64,000 nucleotides of DNA from an uncultured Gemmatimonadales bacterium (GCA_963783305.1 CAWAMW010000002.1:64001-128000), one strand, 5' to 3'. Counted from the first letter of the stretch, positions 40,604 through 50,252 are shown. The notes: generated by a model from the sequence alone, not told the origin. Program-made: numbers and translations.

Positions 40604-41533
40604 ATGACACGTTCCAGACCGGAACCCGTTATCACCGGCGTAGCCAGCCGGCAGCATGGCGTCGTCACCCGCCGTCAGCTCCTGGACGGCGGCCTGACCT
40701 CGCATCAGGTCCAGCACCGCGTCGGCACCGGCGAGCTCGTCCGGCTGCACCAGGTGTGTACCGCACCGGGCCGGTCGTAGCGCCCCGCGCTGCGGAGATG
40801 GCCGCTACGCTCGCCTGCGGCCCGAACGCCGCTCTCAGCCACGGCAGCGCCGCCCGCATGTGGGGGCTGGCGTCCGGCCCCGTGGCTCGCGTCCCGATCG
40901 AAGTGGGGCTGCGGCAGGGGTACCGACGACGTCCCGGGATCCGGATCCACCGGCTGCCGAGCCTCCGCGCCGATGATGTGACACGGGTCGAGGGAATCCC
41001 GGTAACCACGGCGGCACGTGTTCTCTGGGATCTGGCAGCCAGCAGTGGAGGAAGGGACCTGGAGCGGAGCTACGCCGCCGGACTGGACCGGGGTCTTTTT
41101 CGTCCGGTCCACCTGGAGGGGCTCCTGGATCGCCACAGCGGGGCTCCCGGGTCGCGTCGGCTGCGCGCCCTCCTCAACGGGAATCCCACTCTCACGCGCT
41201 CAGCAGGCGGAGGAGCGACTCCTCCGCCTGCTCTCCACCGCGCAGCTCCCGGCGCCGCAGTGCAACGCCATTGTGGAGGGAATCGAAGTCGATTTCTACT
41301 GGCCCGCCCGTCGTCTCATCGCGGAGGTGGATGGATTCGAGTTCCACGGGTCCCGCGCCGCCTTCGAGGCCGATCGTGATCGCGACGCCCGGCTGGTGGC
41401 CGCCCGGTTCGTGGTGGTCCGCGTCACGTGGCGGCAGATCACCGAGAAGCCTCTGGCAGTGGTGGCGCGCCTCGCCCAGGCGCTCGCCACCCGAGGTTCC
41501 CCGCTTCGAGGGCGCCCCGACATCTCGGCCTGA
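40604..41533 (+). pseudogene. AbiEi-like N-terminal / DUF559 (Vsr-like) protein with two frameshifts (about 40756 and 41201)
   Basis: ASRQHGVVTRRQL / GVY...ALSHGSAA...IPVTT / EVDFYW...AEVDGFEFH...DRDRD lie in three different frames. Confidence 0.8.
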
Positions 41534-41564
41534 CGAGGCGGTCCCCGACGCCAGCCGGCGCCGC

Positions 41565-43664
41565 CTACTCGACTTGGAAGGTCACGTCCAGTGATATCCA
41601 CACCGGGACCGCTTCGCCTCCATTCCGAGCCGGCTCGAAAGTCATCTGGCGACCGACTCGCAATGCCGCCGCATCCAGGGCGTCATAGCCGCTCGTTTCA
41701 TCGATGCGGACGTCCTGCACCGCACCATTCCGGTCGATGAAAATCCATATCTTGGCAGTCCCCCCGATGCCCGCGTCCCTGAGGACCGGCGGGTAGAGGT
41801 CGGTCAGCGCCTGCGACACATGCTCATGGTTCCGGAGCTCCGGCGGCCGTGTCATGGGCGTGAAGGCGGGCCCCGCCGCCTGGTCCCGCGACTCCCGCTC
41901 AGGCTCGACCCGATCCCTAGCGACCTCCTGATCCCGAACTCCGAGGCCATCCCTCAGGTGCCGCTCGCGCTCGACCACCCCCGAGGACTCGTTCGCCCGG
42001 TCCTCCACACCGCGGTGGCTGCGTCGCTCGTCGGTGACGGCAGTGGACTCGAACGTGATGTCCAGCGCCACCCAGACCGGCACCCTCTCCTCGCGATTGT
42101 ACGCGGGGGTGAATGCCATCATTCCAGCCACCTTCAGCGCGGCCTGGTCCAGTGCGTCGTGTCCGGCCGACTCCCTGATGAGCGCCCGGCGAACCAGGCC
42201 CTCCGGGTCGATCAGGAACCACACGCTCGCCGTACCGCCGATCCCGGCGTCCTTCAGCAGCGGCGGGTAGAACTGGTCCAGCGCCTCTCTCACCTCATCC
42301 GGGTTCAGCAGCTGCGGCCGGACCGTCATGGGCGTGAACGTCGGCTCTTCCGATATGTCCTCCGCCCTGGAGCCCTCGGACGACTCGGTGCGAACGTTCC
42401 CGCTCGAATCCGCCACAGCCTGCGACTTCAGCGGCCCCTCCGCCGCAGACGGCCCCTCCGCCGCGGCCAGCCGCTCCGCCACTGCCAGCCCCTCCGCCAG
42501 GCGACGGGCCCGTGCCTCCGCCGCCGGCAATGCGTCACCGGTCAGCAGCCAGAGGGTGCGGCAGTAGCCGGGCGGCTCCGTTCGCGGCTCCACACCCGGC
42601 GGTAGCGCTGAGAACATCCGGATCTCCACGTCGGAAAGCTCGAGCTCGTGGCCCTCGGCGTTCTCGATCCGGTCGCCGTTCAGGAGGATCACCGGGATGC
42701 AGTCGTTCTCGCTCCGGGGCCAATCCGTCAGGCTGGACAGGTCAGGCTCCGGTCGCTGCGGCGCCTGCACCGTGGTCGGGCCGGGAGTCTCGCACGCCAC
42801 CGCCACCACCAGCCCCGCAGCCAACCCCAGTCCCGCCGCCCACGCCGTCCGGCGGCCGCCCCTTCGATTCGTGATCATGCGGATCCTCCTCTCCAGCATG
42901 CTCCGCGACTCGGCGAGGGCGAGCCCCAGGTGCGCTTTCCGCTGGCCGACCGTGACGAGCAGCGATCCGTACCGCCGGGGGTCCGGCGCCCGCCGCAGGA
43001 CTCTCGCATCGCAGTCCATCTCCACCGCCAGACGTAGCCGCCGAAGCTGCCACCACAGCGGCAGGTTCCACGGCACGAGCGCGCACACGACCAGACCCGC
43101 CAGCGCCAGCTGCGGGTCCCGCGCCCGCACGTGCTCCGCCTCGTGCAGCACGAGAAGACGGCGCTGCGCTGCCGGGAGCGACAGCGCCCACTCCGGCACC
43201 ACGACCTGCCCCCGGAGCAGCCCCATCGCCGCGGGGCCGGTCTGCTTCGACACCCGCACGGCGACACCGTCCACCCGCCGCTCCGGCCAGTCACGAAGCC
43301 GCAACGCCAGCCTCAACGCCAACGTTGCACCGACCAGCAGGAGGAACCCCGAGACAGCCACCCACCCGACCAGCAGCAGCGTTTCAGGAGATATCCGACT
43401 CGCCGCCGACGTCCCGGGAGCGAGCGCCGGCAGAGTCTCCAGGACATAGGCCCCGGGAAACGCCGCCAGACCGGTCGACGCAGGCGCCTCCGACGCAGGC
43501 CAGAGCCACGCCACCAACGGCCCCAGCGTCGACCCGGTCAGAGCCATCGCCCATACCCACCGCCCGGGCCAGCGCTGCGCTCGCACACCCTGCTCCGCCA
43601 GCCACGCCGCCACGCTCACCAGCGCCGAGACCACCACCGCGTACGCCAGCCATTCCGTCATCAT
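41565..43664 (-). CDS. BlaR1/M56 metallopeptidase fused to two TonB C-terminal domains
   Basis: LHEAEHVRARD, PWNLPLWW, EMDCDARV; two copies of FTPMT..P...YPP.L.DAGIGG. Confidence 0.9.
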   Translation of the reverse strand: MMTEWLAYAVVVSALVSVAAWLAEQGVRAQRWPGRWVWAMALTGSTLGPLVAWLWPASEAPASTGLAAFPGAYVLETLPALAPGTSAASRISPETLLLVGWVAVSGFLLLVGATLALRLALRLRDWPERRVDGVAVRVSKQTGPAAMGLLRGQVVVPEWALSLPAAQRRLLVLHEAEHVRARDPQLALAGLVVCALVPWNLPLWWQLRRLRLAVEMDCDARVLRRAPDPRRYGSLLVTVGQRKAHLGLALAESRSMLERRIRMITNRRGGRRTAWAAGLGLAAGLVVAVACETPGPTTVQAPQRPEPDLSSLTDWPRSENDCIPVILLNGDRIENAEGHELELSDVEIRMFSALPPGVEPRTEPPGYCRTLWLLTGDALPAAEARARRLAEGLAVAERLAAAEGPSAAEGPLKSQAVADSSGNVRTESSEGSRAEDISEEPTFTPMTVRPQLLNPDEVREALDQFYPPLLKDAGIGGTASVWFLIDPEGLVRRALIRESAGHDALDQAALKVAGMMAFTPAYNREERVPVWVALDITFESTAVTDERRSHRGVEDRANESSGVVERERHLRDGLGVRDQEVARDRVEPERESRDQAAGPAFTPMTRPPELRNHEHVSQALTDLYPPVLRDAGIGGTAKIWIFIDRNGAVQDVRIDETSGYDALDAAALRVGRQMTFEPARNGGEAVPVWISLDVTFQVE

Positions 43665-44029
43665 GACCCTTCCTCCAGCCGCTCATCCAGCAGCCGACGC
43701 ATCCGCTCCAGCTCCTCCTCGCCCAGCTGCCGGTCCGACACGAGCTGTGTAAGCAGCAGCTCCGCCGACCCCCCGAATACGCGGTCCAGCAGCCGCGTCA
43801 GACCCGTCGCGCCCGCCTCCTCCCGCTCCACCAGCGGATGGTACCGGTACGCTCGCCCCTCTTCCCTGTGCCCCACATGCCCCTTCTCCTCCAACGTGCG
43901 CAGCACGGTCAGCACCGTCGTGTACGCGAGCTCGTCCGAAAGCCGCTGCTGAACCTCAGCCACCGTCGCGTCGCCCCGCTCCCAAAGCACCGCCATCACG
44001 TCAAGCTCCCGATCCGTGAACCTCGCCAT
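43661..44029 (-). CDS. BlaI/MecI/CopY family repressor
   Basis: FTDRELDVMAVLW...AYTTVLTVLRTLEEKG...GRAYRY. Confidence 0.95.
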   Translation of the reverse strand: MARFTDRELDVMAVLWERGDATVAEVQQRLSDELAYTTVLTVLRTLEEKGHVGHREEGRAYRYHPLVEREEAGATGLTRLLDRVFGGSAELLLTQLVSDRQLGEEELERMRRLLDERLEEGS

Positions 44030-44080
44030 TTTCTCTTCCTCCTCCCGGATTCCACAGCGGCCTGTGGCGCCGCAGCCGAC

Positions 44081-44130
44081 CTACTACCGATATAGTAGAC
44101 AGGGACACCCCTGTCAACTACTTCGGTAGT
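44081..44130. promoter_or_regulatory. BlaI-type operator palindromes overlapping a minus-strand TTGACA
   Basis: CTACTA-ccgata-TAGTAG (44081-44098) and ACTAC-ttcg-GTAGT (44117-44130). Confidence 0.7.
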
Positions 44131-44236
44131 AACAAGGGCCCCGCCCCGGGTACGGCCAGGCATGGGAGTAGATAAACGACGAGCTAGCCGCCCTCGATGG
44201 ACGGTCGACGCTCGAGGATCTTCTACTGGACGCCCG

Positions 44237-44605
44237 CTACCCCCGCATCGCCGCCACCGCCAGCAGCGCCCATCCCGCCAGAAACGCCGTCCCGCCGATC
44301 GGCGTGATGGCCCCCAGCCACCGCGGCCCGCCCAGCCCCAGCGCGTAGACCGTCCCCGCGAAAATCACGATCCCGGCGACGAACAGCCACCCGGCCGCCG
44401 TGGTCAACCCGCCCGGCCACCGGGTCGTGGCCCAGGCCACGGCCAGCAGGCCGAGGGCATGGTACATCTGGTACTGCGCGCCCAGCTTGAACGTATCGAG
44501 CCGGTCGGGTGTGAGCCGCGCCTCGAGGGCGTGCGCCCCGAAGGCGCCCGCCGCCACGGCGAGGAAGGCGGCAATGGCTCCGAGCGCGAAGAAGAGTCGG
44601 GTCAT
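44237..44605 (-). CDS. DUF423 membrane protein
   Basis: GAFGAHAL, YQMYHALGL, GAITPIGG. Confidence 0.92.
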   Translation of the reverse strand: MTRLFFALGAIAAFLAVAAGAFGAHALEARLTPDRLDTFKLGAQYQMYHALGLLAVAWATTRWPGGLTTAAGWLFVAGIVIFAGTVYALGLGGPRWLGAITPIGGTAFLAGWALLAVAAMRG

Positions 44606-44755
44606 ATGGAGAGCGTGTGGCTGTGGTGAACGAGGGCGAGACCGTCGCCGCGCCTCGGATCCTCAAGCTCCGCAGACCCGCGAGGGCGCGCAACTCTCCC
44701 GCGTCATCGCCACCGCCCCCGGGAACCGCGCCCCTCCTCCGGTGTCTCACCCCCC

Positions 44756-45889
44756 ATGCGCGCCCAATGGAGCCGACGGATCCTGCTGGTCGCCGGGCTG
44801 GCCATCCTGGTCGGCTCGGCAATGTTCTGTTCGCCCGGCTACATCGTGCGGGCGGGGATCGAGGAAGCGAAGATCCTGGGGCGTCGCCAGCCCATCGACG
44901 CGGTGATTGCCGCCCCTGGCACCGACGCCGCCACGCGCTCGAAGCTGGAGCTGGTGCGCAGCGTGCGCGCGTTCGCCGACCGCGAGCTCGCCCTCGACGT
45001 GGGCAACAGCTATACCGCCTTCTCGCGGGTGGACCGAGACACGCTGCTCCTCGTACTGACCGCCGCGCCGAAGACGTCGTTCACCCCCTACACCTGGTGG
45101 TTTCCCGTCGTCGGCCGCGTCCCCTACAAGGGATTCTTCGACCCCGACGACGCCCTCGCCGCCGCCCGCTCCCTCGACGAGCAGGGCTACGACACCGCCG
45201 TCCGCCCCTCCGGCGCGTTCAGCACCCTCGGCTGGTTCAACGACCCGCTCCTCAGCACCATCCTCCGCTACGACGACGTCGCCCTCGCCTCCACCGTCAT
45301 CCACGAGGTCACCCACAACACCACATTCATCGAGGGGCGGGTGGCCTTCAACGAGAGCTTCGCCAGCTTCGTGGGTGATGTGGGTGCCGCCGAGTACTTC
45401 TGCCGCGTCGAGGACGAGGCCGGCGAGCGCTGTCGCCTCGCCCGCGCGCGTTGGGACGACGACCGCCTCTTCGGTCGCGCACTCCAGCGCCTGATAGCCG
45501 CGCTCACCAACATCTACGAAGACCCCGGGCTCTCCCGCGAGGAGAAGATCCAGCGCCGCCAGGAGATTGTCCGCCGCTGGCGCGACGGCTACGAGCGCGA
45601 AGTAGTCCCCCAGCTCCAGGTCGCCCACCGCACCTTCCATCAGCTTCCGATCAACAACGCCTCCCTCATGGGACTCCGGCTCTATTACGATCGCCTGGAT
45701 GTCTTCGACCAGGTCTACCACGACCTCGGCGTCCCGTTCGAGGAAGCGGTCGCCCGGATGGTCGAAGCCGCGGAGTCGTCGCCCGATTCCCCCTTCGATG
45801 CCGTCCAGCGGTTGGCCGATCCCGACCCGTCCTCTATACTTCCTGATTCCCCCGCCACCATAACGGCGCGGGAGGGCCGTGATCCGTAG
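44756..45889 (+). CDS. putative zinc aminopeptidase (DUF2265-like)
   Basis: FPVVGRVPYKGFF, AFSTLGWFNDP, IHEVTH, FNESFA. Confidence 0.88.
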   Translation: MRAQWSRRILLVAGLAILVGSAMFCSPGYIVRAGIEEAKILGRRQPIDAVIAAPGTDAATRSKLELVRSVRAFADRELALDVGNSYTAFSRVDRDTLLLVLTAAPKTSFTPYTWWFPVVGRVPYKGFFDPDDALAAARSLDEQGYDTAVRPSGAFSTLGWFNDPLLSTILRYDDVALASTVIHEVTHNTTFIEGRVAFNESFASFVGDVGAAEYFCRVEDEAGERCRLARARWDDDRLFGRALQRLIAALTNIYEDPGLSREEKIQRRQEIVRRWRDGYEREVVPQLQVAHRTFHQLPINNASLMGLRLYYDRLDVFDQVYHDLGVPFEEAVARMVEAAESSPDSPFDAVQRLADPDPSSILPDSPATITAREGRDP

Positions 45890-45911
45890 TGCTGTATCAT
45901 GTGCGCCGTGC

Positions 45912-45998
45912 TCTGTAATCCGTTGTCTGTAATCTGTAATCTGTAATCTGTAATCTGTAATCCGTTGTCTGTAGTCTGTAATCCGTATTCTGAGATCC
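45912..45998. repeat. heptamer tandem array (TCTGTAA), same family as 25702-25816
   Basis: tctgtaa tccgttg tctgtaa tctgtaa ... tccgtat tctgaga. Confidence 0.9.
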
Positions 45999-46014
45999 TC
46001 CATATCCGGTCGTA

Positions 46015-48516
46015 ATGTCAGACAGCTACCGTCCGTCCGAGCTCGAACACGAATGGCAGGCCCGCTGGGCCGAGGAAGGCACCAACACCCTGAGCGAGGA
46101 CACGCTCCGGGACGCCGAGCAGCCGTTCTACAACCTCATGATGTTCCCCTACCCCTCCGCCGAGGGGCTCCACGTGGGGAACATCTACGCCTTCACGGGC
46201 GCGGACGTGTACGGTCGCTACCAGCGGCTCCGCGGTCACACGGTTTTCGAGCCCATTGGCTTCGACGCCTTCGGGATCCACAGCGAGAACTTCGCGCTGA
46301 AGCACGGCACCCACCCCATGGAGTTGATCCCGAGCAACGTGGCCAACTTCACCCGTCAGCTGAAGCGGACGGGGGCCATGTACGACTGGGACCACGCGGT
46401 GAACACCACCGACCCCGAGTACTACAAGTGGACGCAGTGGATCTTCCTCAAGCTCTACGAGGCCGGTCTCGCGGAGAAGAAGGAGGCGCCCGTCAACTGG
46501 TGCCCCGGCTGCAACACGGTGCTGGCCAACGAGCAGGTCATCGCCGGCGAGTGCGAGCGTTGCGGCACCGCCGTGGAGCAGCGCTTCCTCTCCCAGTGGT
46601 TCTTCCGGATCACCGAGTACGCGCAGCGCCTCCTCGAGAACCTGGACTGGATCGACTGGTCGGAGACCACGAAGAAGGCGCAAAGGAACTGGATCGGGAA
46701 GAGCGAGGGCGCCATGGTCTCCTTCCCCATCTCCCGCCCCAAGATCGCGCCCGACGAGCACGAGAAGGTTCAGGTCCGGGACGGGAAGCCGGTCATCGAG
46801 GTGTTCACCACCCGCCCCGACACGCTCTATGGCGCCACCTTCATGGTGCTCGCGCCCGAGCATCCGGCCGTGGAAGGGCTCACGACCGATGAACAACGGG
46901 ACGAAGTGGAGACGTACCGCCGTCGCGCTGCCGCCATGGACCTGGTCGCCCGCAAGAAGACCGACAAGGAGAAGACGGGCGTCTTCACCGGCGGCTTCGC
47001 TACCAACCCCGCCACGGGCGAGGAGGTGCCCGTCTGGATCGCCGACTACGTCCTCATGGAGTACGGCACCGGCGCCATCATGGCCGTCCCCGGCCACGAC
47101 GACCGCGACTTCGAGTTCGCGCAGAAGTTCGCGCTCCCCATCGTGCGTGTGGTCGCCGGCGCGGGCGAGGACGGGACAACGCCGCTGGAGCAGGCCTTCA
47201 TCAGCGATGAGGGGATGCTGGTGAACTCCGACCGCTTCGACGGCATGCCCTGGCGCGAGGCAAAAAAGGCCATCACCGCCTGGCTCGCCGAGCGGAACCT
47301 GGGTGAGGAGCGCATCAACTACCGGCTCCACGACTGGTGCATCTCCCGGCAGCGCTACTGGGGCCCGCCCATCCCCATCATCTACTGCGACGACTGCGGC
47401 ACCGTCCCCGTCCCGGCAGCAGACCTCCCGGTGGTCCTCCCCCACGTCGAGGACTACAAGCCGGACGCCAGCGGGATCAGCCCCCTCGAGCGCGTCGAGG
47501 AGTGGTACACCGTGGAGTGCCCGGCCTGCGGCGGGAAGGGCCGTCGCGAGACCGATGTCAGCGACACGTTCCTCGACAGCTCCTGGTACTTCCTCCGATA
47601 CCCGTCCACCGCGTTCGACGACACCGCGTTCGACAGCGAGCGCACGCGGCGCTGGCTGCCCGTGGACATGTACATCGGCGGCGAGGAGCACAGCGTGCTC
47701 CACCTGCTCTATTCCCGCTTCATCACCATGGTCCTCCACGACCAGGGGCTCCTGGACTTCGAGGAGCCCTACGACAGGTTCCGCAAACACGGCCTGATCG
47801 TGAAGGAGGGCTCCAAGATGTCGAAGTCCCGGGGCAACGTGGTCGTCCCCGACGAGTACATCGAGGAGTGGGGCGCGGATACGTTCCGCACCTACCTCAT
47901 GTTCCTCGGCCCGTACCAGGAGGGGGGCGATTTCCGCGACCAGGGGCTGAGCGGACCCGGCGGCTTCTACAGCCGTCTATGGGACACCATCGTACGCGAT
48001 GGCCTCGGCGACGAGCCCGTCACCGGCGACCTCGAGCGGAAGCTCCACGCCACCATCCGCAAGGTCACCGACGACCTCGCCAATCTCAGCTACAACACCG
48101 CCATCGCCGCCATGATGGAGTACCTGAACGCTGTGCGGGAAGGGGGTCGGTCGGCGAGCCGCGCGGAGGTCGAGACACTCGTCGTCCTGTGCGCCCCGTT
48201 CGGCCCCCATATCGCCGAAGAGCTCTGGCGCCGCCTGGGCCACGACACGCCCCTGTTCGCGAAGCAGACGACCGCCGGGAACCCCGTCCTCTGGCCGGAA
48301 TACGACGCGGGCAAGGCCACGGCCGACACCATCGAGTTCGTGGTACAGGTCAACGGGAAGCTGCGCGCGCGCATGCAGATGGACCGCGGCATCGACCAGG
48401 ACTCCGCCCGACAGGCCGCCCTCGCCGATGACAACGTCGCGCGCCAGCTCGACGGCCGGGAGATCCGGAAGGTCATTTTCGTCCCCGACCGCCTGCTGAA
48501 CCTGGTGGTGGGGTAG
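46015..48516 (+). CDS. leuS: leucine--tRNA ligase
   Basis: MFPYPS..GLHVGN, FTTRPDT editing domain, DWCISRQRYWG, KMSKS. Confidence 0.97.
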   Translation: MSDSYRPSELEHEWQARWAEEGTNTLSEDTLRDAEQPFYNLMMFPYPSAEGLHVGNIYAFTGADVYGRYQRLRGHTVFEPIGFDAFGIHSENFALKHGTHPMELIPSNVANFTRQLKRTGAMYDWDHAVNTTDPEYYKWTQWIFLKLYEAGLAEKKEAPVNWCPGCNTVLANEQVIAGECERCGTAVEQRFLSQWFFRITEYAQRLLENLDWIDWSETTKKAQRNWIGKSEGAMVSFPISRPKIAPDEHEKVQVRDGKPVIEVFTTRPDTLYGATFMVLAPEHPAVEGLTTDEQRDEVETYRRRAAAMDLVARKKTDKEKTGVFTGGFATNPATGEEVPVWIADYVLMEYGTGAIMAVPGHDDRDFEFAQKFALPIVRVVAGAGEDGTTPLEQAFISDEGMLVNSDRFDGMPWREAKKAITAWLAERNLGEERINYRLHDWCISRQRYWGPPIPIIYCDDCGTVPVPAADLPVVLPHVEDYKPDASGISPLERVEEWYTVECPACGGKGRRETDVSDTFLDSSWYFLRYPSTAFDDTAFDSERTRRWLPVDMYIGGEEHSVLHLLYSRFITMVLHDQGLLDFEEPYDRFRKHGLIVKEGSKMSKSRGNVVVPDEYIEEWGADTFRTYLMFLGPYQEGGDFRDQGLSGPGGFYSRLWDTIVRDGLGDEPVTGDLERKLHATIRKVTDDLANLSYNTAIAAMMEYLNAVREGGRSASRAEVETLVVLCAPFGPHIAEELWRRLGHDTPLFAKQTTAGNPVLWPEYDAGKATADTIEFVVQVNGKLRARMQMDRGIDQDSARQAALADDNVARQLDGREIRKVIFVPDRLLNLVVG

Positions 48517-48777
48517 GAGGGAGGGTTCGCTCCGTGCGTGTTCCTGACGGACGCGGGCGCGCGAATAGCGGCCCTCATGGTTCCGCCGGCTCCTTCGACG
48601 CCGCGCTCCGCGCCGTCGCTCCCGCCCGGAGCGCGAGCGACCGACCCCCGCGAAGCGGGTCCTCCAGAGAGCGTAGCGACCGCCGAGGATCGACCCCCGC
48701 GCCAGCGGGTCGCGGAGGTCGCGAAGCGACCGCAGGGATCGACCTTCGGGGAGTGCAGAACTCGCTCCAAAGTGGGG

Positions 48778-48806
48778 TTGACACCCCCCGGGCCTCTTAC
48801 TAGCTT
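48778..48806 (+). promoter_or_regulatory. sigma-70 promoter of the tRNA array
   Basis: TTGACA-17 nt-TAGCTT, 10 nt before tRNA-fMet. Confidence 0.75.
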
Positions 48807-48816
48807 ATCGGTCTGA

Positions 48817-48890
48817 CGCGGGGTGGAGCAGTCTGGTAGCTCGCCGGGCTCATAACCCGGAGGTCGCAGGTTCAAATCCTGCCCCCGCTA
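48817..48890 (+). tRNA. tRNA-Met(CAT), initiator type
   Basis: C1 mismatch, GGG/CCC anticodon stem, CAT anticodon. Confidence 0.95.
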
Positions 48891-48996
48891 TTTGGTGAAG
48901 GTCGAAAGGCCCGCCCGCCCAAGTCCGACACGCTGGGGCGGGTTTTTCGTCGAAAGACGGGAGCCGGAAGACCCTACAACCTGGGTGTGTGTGCGG

Positions 48997-49069
48997 GGCC
49001 AGGTAGCTCAGTTGGTAGAGCACGCGACTGAAAATCGCGGTGTCGGCGGTTCGACTCCGCCCCTGGCCA
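48997..49069 (+). tRNA. tRNA-Phe(GAA)
   Basis: Cloverleaf; cgcga-ct-GAA-aa-tcgcg. Confidence 0.95.
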
Positions 49070-49075
49070 TGTTGA

Positions 49076-49148
49076 AGGTCCGTAGCTCAACTGGCAGAGC
49101 ACCGGTCTCCAAAACCGGCGGTTGAAGGTTCGAGTCCTTCCGGGCCTG
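49076..49148 (+). tRNA. tRNA-Trp(CCA)
   Basis: ccggt-ct-CCA-aa-accgg. Confidence 0.95.
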
Positions 49149-49209
49149 TACGTTGTTTGAAAAAGGACGGCAGAAGAACGTCGCGCGCGTACTGCGCGAG
49201 ATGGATTTT

Positions 49210-49282
49210 GCCCCCATCGTCTAGTGGCCTAGGATATCTGGTTCTCAGCCAGAAGACGGGGGTTCGATTCCCCCTGGGGGTA
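49210..49282 (+). tRNA. tRNA-Glu(CTC)
   Basis: tctgg-tt-CTC-ag-ccaga. Confidence 0.93.
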
Positions 49283-49313
49283 CTGAGAGAGGCTGACGGT
49301 TCGTGAGGATGAA

Positions 49314-49385
49314 GCCCTCATCGTCTAACGGCTAGGACGCCAGCCTTTCAAGCTGGTAATCGGGGTTCGATTCCCCGTGGGGGCA
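49314..49385 (+). tRNA. tRNA-Glu(TTC)
   Basis: ccagc-ct-TTC-aa-gctgg. Confidence 0.93.
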
Positions 49386-49440
49386 TCAGGATTCTCAGGT
49401 CCTGGATTTCAGGTCTTGAGGTAGGGTGAGCGGGATGTGT

Positions 49441-49513
49441 GCGGGCGTAGCTCAGTTGGTAGAGCGTCTGCTTGCCATGCAGAAGGTCGCCGGTTCGAGT
49501 CCGGTCGCCCGCT
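49441..49513 (+). tRNA. tRNA-Gly(GCC)
   Basis: tctgc-tt-GCC-at-gcaga. Confidence 0.95.
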
Positions 49514-49517
49514 TGCT

Positions 49518-49592
49518 GGGGCTGTAGCTCAGTCTGGTTAGAGTGCCGGTCTGTCACACCGGAGGTCGCGGGTTCGAGTCCCGTCAGCCCCG
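49518..49592 (+). tRNA. tRNA-Asp(GTC)
   Basis: ccggt-ct-GTC-ac-accgg. Confidence 0.95.
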
Positions 49593-49852
49593 CTGAGCTG
49601 TTTGAAAAACGAGGTGCGGAAACGTGCAGGAAGGCGACGGCGAAACCGCAGGTGCGGACGTCGGCGCTGGATGGCCGCTTCGTGAGTGCGTGGATGGCCC
49701 GGTCGGGATGACCGGGTCGACAGTCGCCCTCGAACAGGTTCGAGGAGTGGTGTGCACCCCGAACGAGTGGTCGTACGAAGGACCGGCCGCGCTCGGCGCT
49801 GTTCAAGAGGTGGCCATACAATGACCGGCTTTGCGCCGATTGATTGGATTGA

Positions 49853-49925
49853 GGGGCTGTAGCTCAGTTGGGAGAGCGCCTGAATGGCATTCAGGAGGTC
49901 AGGGGTTCGATTCCCCTCAGCTCCA
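49853..49925 (+). tRNA. tRNA-Ala(GGC)
   Basis: cctga-at-GGC-at-tcagg; G3:U70. Confidence 0.95.
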
Positions 49926-49984
49926 TTGCTGAGAGATGGCTGTACATAGATCTTCAGCTCTCAGATCTTGTTGCTGTTGCTATG

Positions 49985-50068
49985 GCTCGGATGGCGGAAT
50001 TGGTAGACGCGCATGGTTCAGGACCATGTGGGGGCAACCCCGTGGAGGTTCAAATCCTCTTCCGAGCA
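49985..50068 (+). tRNA. tRNA-Leu(CAG)
   Basis: catgg-tt-CAG-ga-ccatg; long variable arm. Confidence 0.95.
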
Positions 50069-50082
50069 CTGCGTTATGTTGG

Positions 50083-50166
50083 GCCCACGTGCTGAAATTG
50101 GTAGACAGGCTGGTTTGAGGGACCAGTGCCGGAAACGGCGTACAGGTTCGAGTCCTGTCGTGGGCA
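50083..50166 (+). tRNA. tRNA-Leu(GAG)
   Basis: ctggt-tt-GAG-gg-accag; long variable arm. Confidence 0.93.
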
Positions 50167-50168
50167 TC

Positions 50169-50252
50169 GGTGGGGTACCGAAGCGGCCAAACGGGGCAGA
50201 CTGTAAATCTGCTGGGCCACGCCCTACGAAGGTTCGAATCCTTCCCCCACCA
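50169..50252 (+). tRNA. tRNA-Tyr(GTA)
   Basis: gcaga-ct-GTA-aa-tctgc. Confidence 0.95.
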
